In this document: positions 1 through 10,064 of the stretch, piece by piece | Position numbering within the stretch: the first letter of the stretch is position 1 | Layout: each line of letters begins with the position of its first letter | From: an uncultured Ectothiorhodospiraceae bacterium | GTDB taxonomy: Bacteria > Pseudomonadota > Gammaproteobacteria > JAABTG01 | Assembly: GCA_964439835.1 (NCBI GenBank) | Contig: CAYTPQ010000001.1 | Coordinates: 84,120-148,119, forward strand | Length of the DNA: 64,000 bases | Reading direction: 5' to 3' | Program-made: the position numbers and the translations under genes | Notes under the pieces: model-generated | Told to the model about the DNA's origin: nothing | What the model saw: only the letters and a program-made list of their open reading frames with translations | The model's database searches: none

Positions 1-2183
1 ACCTGGCCCTGGTCGGCGACGCGGTCGACAACGTCCCGGGCGTGCCCAAGGTCGGCCCGAAGACCGCCGCCAAGTGGCTCGGCGAGTACGGCTCGCTGGA
101 GGGGGTGATCGCCCGTGCCGGCGAAGTCTCCGGCAAGGTGGGGGAGAACCTGCGGGCGAGCCTCGCGCAGCTGCCCCTGTCCCGGGACCTGGTGACGGTG
201 CGCTGCGACCTGCCGCTCGGGGTAGCGCCCGACGACCTGCGCGTGGCGGCCCCCGATCCCGCCCGTCTGCGGGAGCTCTACTCCGCGCTGGAGTTCAAGA
301 CCTGGCTCGCCGAGGTGCTGACCCCGGGCACGGACGTCCCCGCGCCCGCGGGCGACCCGCCGAAGGCCGCGGCGGACTACGAGACCGTCCTCGACCGGGA
401 GCACTTCGAGGCCTGGCTCGATCGGCTGCGGGCCGCGGAGCTGTTCGCCTTCGACACCGAGACCACCAGCCTCGACTACGTGCAAGCCGAGGTCGTCGGG
501 GTCTCGTTCGCCATCGAGCCCGGCCGGGCCGCTTACGTCCCGCTGGCCCACGACTACCCCGGGGCCCCCGTCCAAATCGACCGGGAGTGGGCCCTCGGGC
601 AGATCCGTCCCCTGCTGGAGGACCCGGGGCGGCCCAAGGTCGGGCACAACCTGAAGTACGACATGAGCGTGCTCGCCCGCCACGGCGTCGAGCTGCGGGG
701 GATCCGCTACGACACCATGCTCGAGTCCTACGTGCTCGACAGCACCGCGAGCCGCCCCGACATGGACTCGATGGCGCTCAAGTTCCTCGGCCACCGCACC
801 ATCCGCTACGAGGACGTGGCCGGCAAGGGCAGCGCCCAGCTCCGCTTCGACCGGGTCCCGATCGAGCAGGCGGGCCCCTACGCGGCCGAGGACGCCGAGG
901 TGACCCTGCGCCTGCACCGCACCCTCTGGCCTCGCCTGGAGGCCGAGCCGAAGCTCGCGCGCCTGTTCGCTGAGGTGGAGATGCCGCTGGTGCCCGTCCT
1001 GTCGCGGATGGAGCGCAACGGCGTGTGCATCGACGTGGCGGCGCTCGAGCGCCAGAGCGCAGAGCTGGCGGCCCGCGTCGCCGAGCTGGAGCAGGAGGCC
1101 TGGCGGCTCGCCGGGCAGCCCTTCAACCTGGCCTCGCCGAGCCAGATCCAGGTCGTGCTGTTCGAGAAGCTGCAGCTGCCGGTGCTCGAGCGCACGCCGA
1201 CGGGGCAGCCGTCCACCGCGGAGTCGGTGCTCCAGGAGCTGGCGGCCCTCTACCCGCTGCCGGCCGTGATCCTGGAGCACCGGGGCCTGACCAAGCTCAA
1301 GTCCACCTACACCGACGCCCTGCCCCAGCGGGTCAGCCCCGTCACCGGCCGGGTCCACACCAGCTACCACCAGGCGGTGGCGGTCACCGGGCGGCTGTCC
1401 TCCTCCGAGCCGAACCTGCAGAACATCCCGGTGCGCACGCCGGAAGGGCGACGCATCCGGCAGGCCTTCGTCGCGCCCCCCGGCCAGCGCCTGGTCTCGG
1501 CCGACTACACCCAGATCGAGCTCCGGATCATGGCCCACCTCTCCGGGGACGCGCGGCTGCTGGCCGCCTTCGAGGCCGGCGAGGACGTCCACCGGGCGAC
1601 CGCCGCCGAGGTCTTCGGGGTGCCGCTCGAAGGGGTCTCGGCGGACCAGCGGCGCGCCGCCAAGGCGATCAACTTCGGGCTGATCTACGGCATGTCGCCC
1701 TTCGGCCTGGCCCGGCAGATCGGCGTCGATCGGGCGGCGGCCCAGGACTACGTGGACCGCTACTTCGCCCGCTACCCCGGCGTGCGCCGGTTCATGGACG
1801 CGATCCGCGAGCAGGCCCGGGAGCAGGGCTACGTGGAGACGGTCTTCGGCCGCCGCCTGTACCTGCCGGAGATCCGGTCGCGCAACCGCCAGCGCCGTCA
1901 GTACGCCGAGCGCACGGCGATCAACGCGCCGATGCAGGGGACCGCGGCGGACATCATCAAGCGGGCGATGGTCGCGGTCGACCGCTGGCTCCTGGACAGC
2001 CGGTTCCCCGCCCGCATGATCATGCAGGTACACGACGAGCTGGTGCTGGAGGTGGCCGAGGGCTCAGTGGACGAGGCGGTGGAGGCGATCCGCTCGCACA
2101 TGGCCGACGCCGACGCCGGCGAGCTGCGCGTGCCCCTGGTGGTGGACGTGGGCGTCGGCGCCAACTGGGACGAGGCGCATTGA
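1..2183 (+). CDS. polA: DNA polymerase I, 5'-truncated at the window edge. Present: end of the 5'-3' exonuclease domain, the 3'-5' exonuclease domain and the polymerase domain.
   Basis: The reading frame is open from nt 3. The translation LALVGDAVDNVPGVPKVGPKTAAKWL matches the 5'-nuclease helix-hairpin-helix region. Downstream motifs are typical PolA: 3'-5' exonuclease FDTETTSLD, and polymerase RRAAKAINFGLIYGMS and QVHDELVLE. Stop codon at 2181-2183. Confidence 0.95.
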   Translation, partial: LALVGDAVDNVPGVPKVGPKTAAKWLGEYGSLEGVIARAGEVSGKVGENLRASLAQLPLSRDLVTVRCDLPLGVAPDDLRVAAPDPARLRELYSALEFKTWLAEVLTPGTDVPAPAGDPPKAAADYETVLDREHFEAWLDRLRAAELFAFDTETTSLDYVQAEVVGVSFAIEPGRAAYVPLAHDYPGAPVQIDREWALGQIRPLLEDPGRPKVGHNLKYDMSVLARHGVELRGIRYDTMLESYVLDSTASRPDMDSMALKFLGHRTIRYEDVAGKGSAQLRFDRVPIEQAGPYAAEDAEVTLRLHRTLWPRLEAEPKLARLFAEVEMPLVPVLSRMERNGVCIDVAALERQSAELAARVAELEQEAWRLAGQPFNLASPSQIQVVLFEKLQLPVLERTPTGQPSTAESVLQELAALYPLPAVILEHRGLTKLKSTYTDALPQRVSPVTGRVHTSYHQAVAVTGRLSSSEPNLQNIPVRTPEGRRIRQAFVAPPGQRLVSADYTQIELRIMAHLSGDARLLAAFEAGEDVHRATAAEVFGVPLEGVSADQRRAAKAINFGLIYGMSPFGLARQIGVDRAAAQDYVDRYFARYPGVRRFMDAIREQAREQGYVETVFGRRLYLPEIRSRNRQRRQYAERTAINAPMQGTAADIIKRAMVAVDRWLLDSRFPARMIMQVHDELVLEVAEGSVDEAVEAIRSHMADADAGELRVPLVVDVGVGANWDEAH

Positions 2184-2273
2184 ATAACCTGTATTGAAGG
2201 AACGCCTTCCGCTGACTACTGTTTCGCAGACAAGCACCTCTCCGAGGCCAACGCACGGAAAGAAGGCCGCGCC

Positions 2274-3026
2274 ATGTTGCTCATACCCGCGATCGACCTG
2301 AAGGACGGCAAGTGCGTGCGGCTGCGCCAGGGCCGCATGGACGACGAGACCGTGTTCTCCGACGACCCGGTGGCCATGGCCGCGCGCTGGGTGGACGCCG
2401 GGGCGCGCCGGCTGCACATCGTCGACCTGAACGGCGCCTTCGCCGGGCAGCCGAAGAACGCCCCGGTCGTGCACGCGATCGCCGAGGCCTTCCCCGACCT
2501 GCCGATCCAGGTCGGCGGCGGGATCCGGGACGAGGAGACCATCGAGGCCTACCTCGCCGCCGGGGTGCGCTACGTCATCATCGGCACCAAGGCGGTGACG
2601 GCGCCGCACTTCGTCTCCGACGTCTGCACCGAGTTTCCCGGCCATGTCATCGTCGGCCTGGACGCGAAGGACGGGCGGGTCGCGGTGGACGGCTGGTCGA
2701 AGCTCTCGACCCACGACGTCATCGACCTGGCCCGCCACTTCGAGCAGGACGGGGTGGAGGCCATCGTCTACACCGACATCAGCCGGGACGGGATGCTCTC
2801 GGGCGTCAATGTGGACGCCACGGTGCGGCTCGCCCGCTCCATCCACATCCCGGTCATCGCCTCCGGCGGGATCCGGACTCTGGACGACGTGCGGGCCCTC
2901 TGCCAGGTCGCGGACGAGGGCGTCACCGGCGCGATCACCGGCCGGGCAATCTACGAGGGCACGCTCGACTTCGCGGAGGGGCAGGCGCTGGCCGACTCGC
3001 TGGCCGGACAGACCGCCCGCAAGTGA
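2274..3026 (+). CDS. hisA: ProFAR isomerase (HisA).
   Basis: 250 aa. N-terminal [14 protein letters not shown], and GGGIR / ASGGI phosphate-binding motifs of the HisA/HisF (beta/alpha)8 fold. The length matches HisA. Confidence 0.9.
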   Translation: MLLIPAIDLKDGKCVRLRQGRMDDETVFSDDPVAMAARWVDAGARRLHIVDLNGAFAGQPKNAPVVHAIAEAFPDLPIQVGGGIRDEETIEAYLAAGVRYVIIGTKAVTAPHFVSDVCTEFPGHVIVGLDAKDGRVAVDGWSKLSTHDVIDLARHFEQDGVEAIVYTDISRDGMLSGVNVDATVRLARSIHIPVIASGGIRTLDDVRALCQVADEGVTGAITGRAIYEGTLDFAEGQALADSLAGQTARK

Positions 3027-3184
3027 GCAGCGCATCGCACTTGCGGTCAGCGGATCGTCTGACCGTCGCCCGCGGCCATCCGCGGCGCTCAATGCCGGCG
3101 CGGGGAAGGTCGCTATCTCTACCGCCGCCGTCCTCGGCCTCCCCGGGGCCGGCCGGCTTCCCAGGGCTCCAGGTGAGGCGCTAA

Positions 3185-5122
3185 GTGGAACTCCAGTTCG
3201 AGATCGCCGGCAACCAGATCGACGGGGCCCGTGACTACCAGGAAGACACCTTCCTCATCACCCACCTGGGCCAGGGGGACGACCCGAGCGCCGCCGCGCT
3301 CGTGATCGTCGCCGACGGCATGGGCGGCCACGCCGCGGGCAACGTCGCGAGCAACATCGCCACCTCCACGTTCCAGAAGACCTTCTCGGGCCTCTACCCC
3401 ACGGACGAGGTGGCCGGCGCGCTGAAGCAGTCGCTGCTCGCCGCGAACGACGCCATCCGCGCCGCCGTCAAGGAGACGCCGGCGCTCCAGGGGATGGGCT
3501 GCACGATGGTCGCCGCCCTGCTCTCCCGCGGCCGGCTCTGGTGGGTGAGCGTCGGCGACAGCCACCTCTACCTGCTGCGCGACCGCCAGCTGGTGAAGAA
3601 GAACGCCGACCACAGCTACGGCGGCTACATCAAGCGGATGAAGGAGATGGGGGCGGACGTGGAGCCCGACCCCAACCTGTCCCCCAACATGTTGATGAGC
3701 GCGATGATCGGCGAGGAGATCGCCGACATCGACCTGTCGGAGACGCCCCTGACGCTTCTGCCCGGTGACCGGGTGCTGCTCGCCACCGACGGCCTTGACA
3801 CCCTCGGGCAAGGGTCGGTCATCCAGCACTCGGCCTGGTCGGCGACCGCCCGGGACTGCGTCAGCGCCCTGCTGAAGGCGGTGGAGGACGCCGAGCAACC
3901 GCGCCAGGACAACACCTCGGTCGTCTGTGTCGACGCCAAGACCCGAGAGATCCGCCCCGAGAAGCGCGAGCCCGCTCCGGCACCGGCAAAGGCCGAGGCC
4001 GCGACCCCGGCTGCGGCGACCGGCGAAGGCCCGGCTGCGGACCAGATCCCGGAGCTGGAACCGGTGGACGAGGCCGAAGAGCAGTGGACACCGGCCCCGT
4101 TCCCCAAGCGCGCCTGGACCCCCGAGCCGGCCCCCACCCGCGGCCGCGGCCGCCGCGTCGCGCTCTGGTCCGTGGCCGCACTGGCGCTGGCTGGCGCTGG
4201 GGTGGGCGGCTATCTCTGGTACGCCCAAGGCAAGCCCCCCGCCGTGCCCGTGGCCTCGGTCTCCGCCCCGGCGTCGCCCGCCCCCGGGGTGCCCGCGCGC
4301 ACGGAGCCGGCCGGCCCGCCCGAGCCGGCGGCCGAGGCCACGGCTCCCGAGCCCACGCCCGCGGCAGCCCCTGCGCGTGGCGCACCCGCTCCCGCGGGGG
4401 TGTTCCGCGACGGCCTGAAGAGCGGCGGAGAGGGACCGGAGATGGTCCCGCTGCCGGGCGGTCGCTTCGAAATGGGCGGTGCGCCGACGACGCTGAACCC
4501 GGACGAGCGCCCTCGCCACCTGGTGACTGTCGCGCCCATCGCGGTGAGCCGCCACGAGGTGACCTTCGCGGAGTACGACCGGTTCGCCCGGGCGACCAAC
4601 CGCCGGCTGCCGGACAGCGGCGAGGTGGACCGGGCCGAGCACCCGGTGGTCCACGTCACCTGGGACGACGCGCACGCCTACGCCCAGTGGCTCTCCCGGG
4701 AGACCGGCAAGCGCTACCGGCTGCCGAGCGAGGCCGAGTGGGAGTACGCCGCCCGCGCGGGCACGACCACGCTGTACTGGTGGGGCAACGACGTGGGCAA
4801 GGGCAACGCCCACTGCTTTGACTGCAAGAGCGGGCTGCACCCGCGGCAGACCGCCCGCGTGGGCTACTTCTCGCCCAACCCGTTCGGCCTCTACGACACG
4901 TCAGGGAACGTGGCAGAGTGGGTGCACGACTGCTACCACCCGGACTACAACGGCGCGCCGGACAACGGCTCGGTCTGGGACGGCGGCGACTGCACGCGCC
5001 GGGTGGTCCGGGGCGGGTCGTTCAGCAGCGCCTCCTCAGCCCTGCGCAACGCCAAGCGGGACAAGCTCTCGCCGACCCAGGGGTACGATAACGTCGGGAT
5101 CCGGCTGGTCCGGGAGCCATAG
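3185..5122 (+). CDS. Membrane-anchored PP2C-family Ser/Thr phosphatase fused to a C-terminal FGE-sulfatase (SUMF1/formylglycine-generating-enzyme-like) domain.
   Basis: GTG start. N-terminal PP2C motifs (DGMGGHAAG, LATDGL). A Pro/Ala-rich linker, then one TM helix (VALWSVAALALAGAGVGGYLWYA). The C-terminal domain has FGE-type motifs: GGRFEMGG, HPVVHVTWDDAHAYAQWLS, YRLPSEAEWEYAARAG, RVVRGGSF. Confidence 0.8.
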   Translation: MELQFEIAGNQIDGARDYQEDTFLITHLGQGDDPSAAALVIVADGMGGHAAGNVASNIATSTFQKTFSGLYPTDEVAGALKQSLLAANDAIRAAVKETPALQGMGCTMVAALLSRGRLWWVSVGDSHLYLLRDRQLVKKNADHSYGGYIKRMKEMGADVEPDPNLSPNMLMSAMIGEEIADIDLSETPLTLLPGDRVLLATDGLDTLGQGSVIQHSAWSATARDCVSALLKAVEDAEQPRQDNTSVVCVDAKTREIRPEKREPAPAPAKAEAATPAAATGEGPAADQIPELEPVDEAEEQWTPAPFPKRAWTPEPAPTRGRGRRVALWSVAALALAGAGVGGYLWYAQGKPPAVPVASVSAPASPAPGVPARTEPAGPPEPAAEATAPEPTPAAAPARGAPAPAGVFRDGLKSGGEGPEMVPLPGGRFEMGGAPTTLNPDERPRHLVTVAPIAVSRHEVTFAEYDRFARATNRRLPDSGEVDRAEHPVVHVTWDDAHAYAQWLSRETGKRYRLPSEAEWEYAARAGTTTLYWWGNDVGKGNAHCFDCKSGLHPRQTARVGYFSPNPFGLYDTSGNVAEWVHDCYHPDYNGAPDNGSVWDGGDCTRRVVRGGSFSSASSALRNAKRDKLSPTQGYDNVGIRLVREP

Positions 5123-5254
5123 GATAGGCGACTGCATCTTCCGCAAGATGGCGGCCGGGAGGTCCGGCCCGACGGTACGTTTTGACGGCGGGCCAGCATG
5201 CTGTTACGTCCAGCCGCATCTTCAATCGTACTCGAATAATTATTCGACTATGTT

Positions 5255-5644
5255 ATGGAGGAGTACCGGCTGAGCTACGCCCAGTGCAGGGAGCTGCTCG
5301 CGCAGCGGCTCGCGGAGCCTGCCCCGGGACGCATCCAGCTCCTCGCCGGGCCGCGCCAGGTCGGCAAGACCACGCTCCTGCTCGAGCTGGCCGAGGCCCT
5401 CGGGGTCGACGGGGTCCTGGAGGGGAGCTGGGGCAGGTGGGCCGTCGAGGTCAAGACCGGCCGGTTCGAGGTGAGAGAGCTCGCGCCCCTCCTGGAGTTC
5501 ACCCGCCGCGACCCCGAGCTCCGCCCGCTCGTCCTCTGCGACACGGACGGCCGCGCGACCACCGAGCGCGCGGGGGTGCAAGCCCTCACCTGGCAACAGT
5601 TTCTCCTCGGGGAGCCTCCCGGAACGGCCTCCGCGGGGAGGTAA
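5255..5644 (+). pseudogene. Internally deleted fragment of an AAA/DUF4143-type P-loop ATPase.
   Basis: 129 aa. An N-terminal Walker A (LLAGPRQVGKTTLL) is joined directly to C-terminal-type sequence. Intact family members are about 400 aa. Confidence 0.5.
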
Positions 5645-5942
5645 CCGCCGGGGTAGGGTGGCGGCCGCCGCCTACGTCGAAGGCACCGCGATCTCCCGCC
5701 GCCCTCCCAGGCCACAGGACGTCCCTCGGTTCGGCCGTCGGCATTGGTCTCCGCAAAGCTCGCGCTAGACCGACGGTCGCCGGGCCGTCTCAGAGCGGCG
5801 AACGAGCCCGGCGGATCGCAGGGGTCGACGTCGATTGGGGGTCGCGCCCCGGCCTCTCTCAAACGAGGCGGCAAAATTCAGTTCGACCCCTTTTTTCGGG
5901 GCTGAGGCGGGTTTGGCGCGCAGCCGACCGTCCGGATCACCC

Positions 5943-6382
5943 ATGCCAACGCCTGCTGCCGCTCTGCCGCCCATCGACCCCTCCCGCGTCGACCAGCGCG
6001 TGCGCCTGCACGAGGTCGGCTGGCGGGAGTACGAGGCCCTGCTCGCGATGCGGGGCGAGCAGGGTGGCGTGCGGGTGACCTACCTGGAATCGGCGAGCGC
6101 GTGACGCCGCCCGAGATCCCGGACCTGGCGATCGAGGTGGTCCGGACCTCGGGGGGGATCGACAAGCTCGAGGTCTGCCGGGGTCTCGGCGTACCGGAGG
6201 TCTGGGTCTGGCAGGACGCGGCCCTGCGGGTCTTCGTCCTGGAGGGCGAGCGTTACCGCACCAGCCCCCGCAGCCGCCTGATCCCGGACCTGGATCCCGC
6301 CCTTCTCGCGCGCTTCATGACCACCGGCTCCCAGACCGAGGCCGTCCGGGCCTATCGCCAGGCGTTGCAGGAGGAATCGTAG
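5943..6382 (+). pseudogene. Uma2-family (DUF820) putative endonuclease, frameshifted and truncated.
   Basis: Two overlapping ORFs (5835-6104 and 6101-6382) carry Uma2-like segments: VRLHEVGWREYEALL... and IPDLAIEVVRTSGGIDKLEVCRGLGVPEVWVW. The frame shifts at about 6101 and the combined length is shorter than an intact Uma2. Confidence 0.5.
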
Positions 6383-6457
6383 GGCAGCGGGCTCATTCGG
6401 CCTCGTTGTCGGTCACGACCACAGCGCCCGTGAAGGCGCCGGTGCTATCATTTACCC

Positions 6458-6883
6458 ATGGTGGCCCTGGTCATCGACACCAATGTACTGGTCGGCGCAT
6501 GTCTGCGGGCGGAAGGACCCAGCCGGGCAGTGATCAAGCGGTGCCTCGCGGGCGCCTATCAGCCGCTCATCGGCACTGCCTTGTTCCTGGAGTACGAAGA
6601 CGTGATGAGTCGCGAGACGCTCTTCGCGGGCAGCCCCCTCAGCAAGACGGACCGGAACGAGGTCTTCGCCGGCTTCCTGGCGGTGTGCCGCTGGACCGAG
6701 GTGTACTTCGCCTGGCGGCCGAACCTGCCGGACGAGGCCGACAATCATCTGTTCGAGCTCGCCGTGGCCGGGGGAGCCGATGCGGTGATCACCCGCAACG
6801 TCAGAGATCTAGCCGGAGGCGAGCTCCGCTTCCCACGCATCCGCGTTCTGACCCCCGAGCAGTGTCTGGAGAGGTTCCCATGA
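6458..6883 (+). CDS. PIN-domain toxin (VapC-like, PIN_3 family).
   Basis: 141 aa. N-terminal LVIDTNVLV PIN motif with acidic residues at conserved positions. It overlaps the downstream antitoxin by 4 nt. Confidence 0.75.
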   Translation: MVALVIDTNVLVGACLRAEGPSRAVIKRCLAGAYQPLIGTALFLEYEDVMSRETLFAGSPLSKTDRNEVFAGFLAVCRWTEVYFAWRPNLPDEADNHLFELAVAGGADAVITRNVRDLAGGELRFPRIRVLTPEQCLERFP

Positions 6884-7158
6884 CCACGCTGACCATTCGC
6901 TTACCCGAAGATAAGCACGAGCGTCTGAAGGCCCTAGCGCAGGCGCGGAAGATCAGCGTCAACAAGCTGGTCGACGAGCTCGCCACCGTCGCGCTGGCTA
7001 ACCACGACGCCTTTCTCCGCTACCAGGGGTACGCCCGGCAGGGCGACCCGCAGCGTGCCCTGGCGCTCTTGGAGGGGCTCGATCGGGCGGACCAAGTATC
7101 CGATGAAGGGGAGGACACGTCCGCCCGGGAGCGTCGCGGGTCAGGCTTGGATAATTGA
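6880..7158 (+). CDS. Ribbon-helix-helix (CopG-like) antitoxin partner of the PIN toxin.
   Basis: ATG at 6880 overlaps the toxin stop. TIRLPEDKHERLKALAQARKISVNKLVDEL is a classic RHH N-terminus. The toxin-then-antitoxin order is unusual. Confidence 0.65.
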   Translation: MTTLTIRLPEDKHERLKALAQARKISVNKLVDELATVALANHDAFLRYQGYARQGDPQRALALLEGLDRADQVSDEGEDTSARERRGSGLDN

Positions 7159-7488
7159 ATTCCTGCTTTCGAGCATACAAAAGTACAGAAGGGGCTTCGG
7201 TTTTCTGGTTTCGGTGGCCGCCGCATCGCCTGCCCCGTCGGCCCCGGGGCAGGCGGACGTCGAACGGGGCGACGCAGACCTGGGGCGGTCCCGCTCGGAT
7301 CTGGGCGAAGGTCGGGATGCTCGGCGCGGACAGCATCGCCACCGCGGATCAACCGGGTCAGACACCATCGATCCCACCAGATGGCAGCGCTTGGAAGCCG
7401 CTGTGGCAACCTCCCGCTGCTCAGGCTATTGTCCGCGTAGTCGGCCGTGAGCCGACAGCCGACCGTGTTTCCAAGGAGGGAAACGAAG

Positions 7489-7626
7489 ATGACCGCCGCC
7501 GTGTTCGACACCCACGCCCACATCAAGAAGCTCACCGCCGCCGGGGTCTCCGAGCAGCAGGCCGGGGTCCATGCGGAGGTCCTGCTTGTGACAGGCCGAA
7601 TCGTCGCGGCCGTCTGGCTTCTGTGA
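7489..7626 (+). pseudogene. N-terminal fragment of a DUF1640-family coiled-coil protein.
   Basis: 45-aa ORF behind a strong RBS (AAGGAGGG). MTAAVFDTHAHIKKLTAAGVSEQQA matches the conserved DUF1640 N-terminus. It stops prematurely; family members are about 100 aa or more. Confidence 0.4.
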
Positions 7627-7643
7627 CAACTCCGGGGACACTC

Positions 7644-7988
7644 ATGGAAAACTGCCTGTTCTGCAAGATGGCCAGCGGCGAGATCCGGCCGGACGTGATC
7701 TACGAGGACGACGACGTCCTCGCCTTCAACGACATCAACCCCAAGGCGCCGACCCACTTCCTGGTCATCCCGAAGGAGCACATCGCCACGCTGAACGACC
7801 TGGACGAGGCCCACGCGGCGCTGGTCGGCAAGCTGTTCCTGGCGGCAAAGCGGATTGCGCTGGAGAAGGGCTTCGCCGGGCCGGGCTACCGGACGGTGCT
7901 CAACTGCAACGCCCAGGCGGGGCAGTCGGTGTTCCACATCCACCTGCACGTGCTGGCCGGCCGGCTGATGGGCTGGCCACCGGGCTAG
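7644..7988 (+). CDS. HIT-family (histidine triad) nucleotide hydrolase, HinT-like.
   Basis: Has LFCKMASGEI and the histidine triad HIHLHVL. 114 aa from the ATG at 7644. Confidence 0.85.
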   Translation: MENCLFCKMASGEIRPDVIYEDDDVLAFNDINPKAPTHFLVIPKEHIATLNDLDEAHAALVGKLFLAAKRIALEKGFAGPGYRTVLNCNAQAGQSVFHIHLHVLAGRLMGWPPG

Positions 7989-8121
7989 GAGGAGACTGGC
8001 CCCGTAGGAGCGGCGCCCCCGCCGCGAGGAATCGGCGCGGGGCGCGCCTCCCACGGCCATCCGCGACGTCTCCCCTGATAGGGGTCGGCGCCTCCTGCCG
8101 CGAACGGCAGCCTGCGAGTTC

Positions 8122-9996
8122 TCAGGGTCCGGCCCCGGTTCCGAGCGCCTGCCTCAGCAGCAGGACGTGCGTGGCGTTTTGCAGCGGGGACTCGGTCAGG
8201 GCCGGGTAGTCCCGGGCGGCGGCCTCCGTTGCGCGGCGGCGCAGGGCGTTGTCGCCGGTCGCCTCCGCCAGGCGCAGGCTCACCCGCAGCAGCACCGCCG
8301 ATGCCGAAGGGGTCGGCCCGTCGGCGATGAGCGCCTCCACGTCGCCGATCGGCAGCACGCCCGCATCGGCGAGCCGCCAGCCGGTCGGGGTGCGGAACCG
8401 GCGCCAGGCCTGCTCGATCAGCTTGCCCGCCGCGGTCCGGGCGGCGGCGTCGCCGGAGACCTCCCACCAGGCCAGCAGCCCCGCCGCCACGTAGGCGTAG
8501 TCCTCGATCCCGGCCTCGCCCGCCGGCCTGCCCTCCAGCAGCGCCCGGCGCAGGCGCTCGGGGGGACCGAAGCCGGTCGCGAGCGACGACGCCAGGCGTG
8601 CGGCGGCCTCCCGGTACCTGCCACTGCCGGGGCCCGCCGCGGCGCGCGCCAGGGCCTCCAGGGCGAGGCCGTTCCAGCCGGCGATGACCTTCTCGTCGCG
8701 CGGCAGCGTCCGGCCGGCGCGCGCCGCCCTCAGCTTGACGCGGGCGGCGTCGAGCCGGGCCCTCGCCTCGCCCTCGGGGATGCCGAGGCGGGCGGCGACC
8801 TCGCCCGCCCCGCGCGCCGCCATCGGCAGCAGGCCCTCGCCACCCCGCTGGGCGTCCGCGTCCCAGGCCAGGGCGACCGCCTCGCGCTCGGGCGCCGAGA
8901 GCACCGCCCGCAGGGCCTCCTCGCTCCAGAGGTAGTAGCCACCCTCCCGGCCCTGCGCGTCGAGGGCCGACAGGCTGGCGACGAAGCCGCCGCCCGGCGC
9001 GGCCATCGCCGCCAGCAGGAAGTCGAGGGTGTCCCGGGAGACCTCGCCGTAGCGGGGCTCGCCCAGGACCTCCGCCGCCCGCCGATAGACCTCGGCCAGC
9101 TGGGCGTTGTCGTAGAGCATCTTCTCGAAGTGTGGGGTGTGCCAGCCGGGGTCGACGGTGTAGCGGAAGAACCCGCCGCCCAGGGCGTCGCGCAGGCCGA
9201 GACTCGCCATCTGGTCGAGGGTGAGCCGCAGGAACGTGGCCAGCTCCGGCCGGGGCTGCAGGCGCTGGAGCTCCAGCAGGGCCAGCAGCTGCGGGCTCGC
9301 GGGGAACTTGCTCTCGTGGCCGAAGCCCCCCGCTAGCTCGTCCGCCGCAGCCAGGGCCGCGCGCGCGAGCCCGTCCGCCAGCCGCGCGGACTCACTGGGG
9401 CGCAAGGCGGCGGGCGGGGTAGTGCTGCCCGCCAGCTCGCGCGCACCGGCCTCGGCCAGCGCCGCGAGCCCCTTGGCGTCGCGGCGCCAGCGCTCCTGCA
9501 ACCGGCGCAGGAGCTCCAGGAACTCGTCCCGGCGCTGGTAGACGGTGCCGAACAGCGGGTGGCCGGAGGGGGTCAGGAGCACGTTGAGCGGCCAGCCGGC
9601 CCGCCCGCGGGTGCGGTTCAGGAACGCCAGGAGCTGGGCGTCCAGGGCGGGCAGCAGCTCCCGGTCGACCTTCACCGGGACGAAGTGCCGGTTCAGGTAC
9701 GCGGCCACCTCGGGGTCCTGGAAGCTCTCCCGCTGCATCACGTGGCACCAGTGGCAGGCGAAGTAGCCACTGGAGACGAGGATCAGCTTGCCCTCCCGCC
9801 GGGCCCGCTCCAGCACCTCCGGCCCCCAGGGCTGCCAGTCGACGGGGTCCCCGGCGTGCAGGGCCAGATAAGGCGAGGGCTGCCCGGCGAGGCGGTTGCC
9901 GGCAGCTCCGGCCACAGAGACCAGCGCGCAGAGCCCCCCCAGCACAAGGGTCGCCCAGAGGCTCGCGCGACGGCGTCGGTCGTTCACCATGCCCAT
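8122..9996 (-). CDS. Secreted thioredoxin-domain protein (DUF255/YyaL family, spermatogenesis-associated-20-like).
   Basis: Signal peptide. Thioredoxin-like CHWCHVM motif near the N-terminus, followed by an alpha-helical glycoside-hydrolase-like region typical of DUF255/YyaL. Confidence 0.8.
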   Translation of the reverse strand: MGMVNDRRRRASLWATLVLGGLCALVSVAGAAGNRLAGQPSPYLALHAGDPVDWQPWGPEVLERARREGKLILVSSGYFACHWCHVMQRESFQDPEVAAYLNRHFVPVKVDRELLPALDAQLLAFLNRTRGRAGWPLNVLLTPSGHPLFGTVYQRRDEFLELLRRLQERWRRDAKGLAALAEAGARELAGSTTPPAALRPSESARLADGLARAALAAADELAGGFGHESKFPASPQLLALLELQRLQPRPELATFLRLTLDQMASLGLRDALGGGFFRYTVDPGWHTPHFEKMLYDNAQLAEVYRRAAEVLGEPRYGEVSRDTLDFLLAAMAAPGGGFVASLSALDAQGREGGYYLWSEEALRAVLSAPEREAVALAWDADAQRGGEGLLPMAARGAGEVAARLGIPEGEARARLDAARVKLRAARAGRTLPRDEKVIAGWNGLALEALARAAAGPGSGRYREAAARLASSLATGFGPPERLRRALLEGRPAGEAGIEDYAYVAAGLLAWWEVSGDAAARTAAGKLIEQAWRRFRTPTGWRLADAGVLPIGDVEALIADGPTPSASAVLLRVSLRLAEATGDNALRRRATEAAARDYPALTESPLQNATHVLLLRQALGTGAGP

Positions 9997-10064
9997 AATT
10001 TACGGCATAAAATGCCGGGGGCGAGCGGCGCGCCAGCCCGTTGAGCGCCCGCCCGGAGGTTGGG

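Noticed and set aside
3119-4840. Long antisense or alternative-frame ORFs: 3119-4840 (-), 9984-11996 (-), 15135-16295 (-), 38154-41228 (-), 48903-50597 (-), 52085-54637 (-), 74-973 (+), 1025-2197 (+) and many others.
   Set aside because: They overlap well-supported genes on the other strand or frame. Their translations are Arg/Gly/Pro-rich low-complexity sequence, as expected from stop-codon-poor high-GC DNA, and carry no recognisable motifs.
7141-7377. Minus-strand ORFs 7141-7377 and 31640-31873, translating SDPVDP or SDTIDH, as small conserved peptides.
   Set aside because: The shared peptide is simply the translation of the 28-bp hairpin repeat, so the conservation is at the DNA level.
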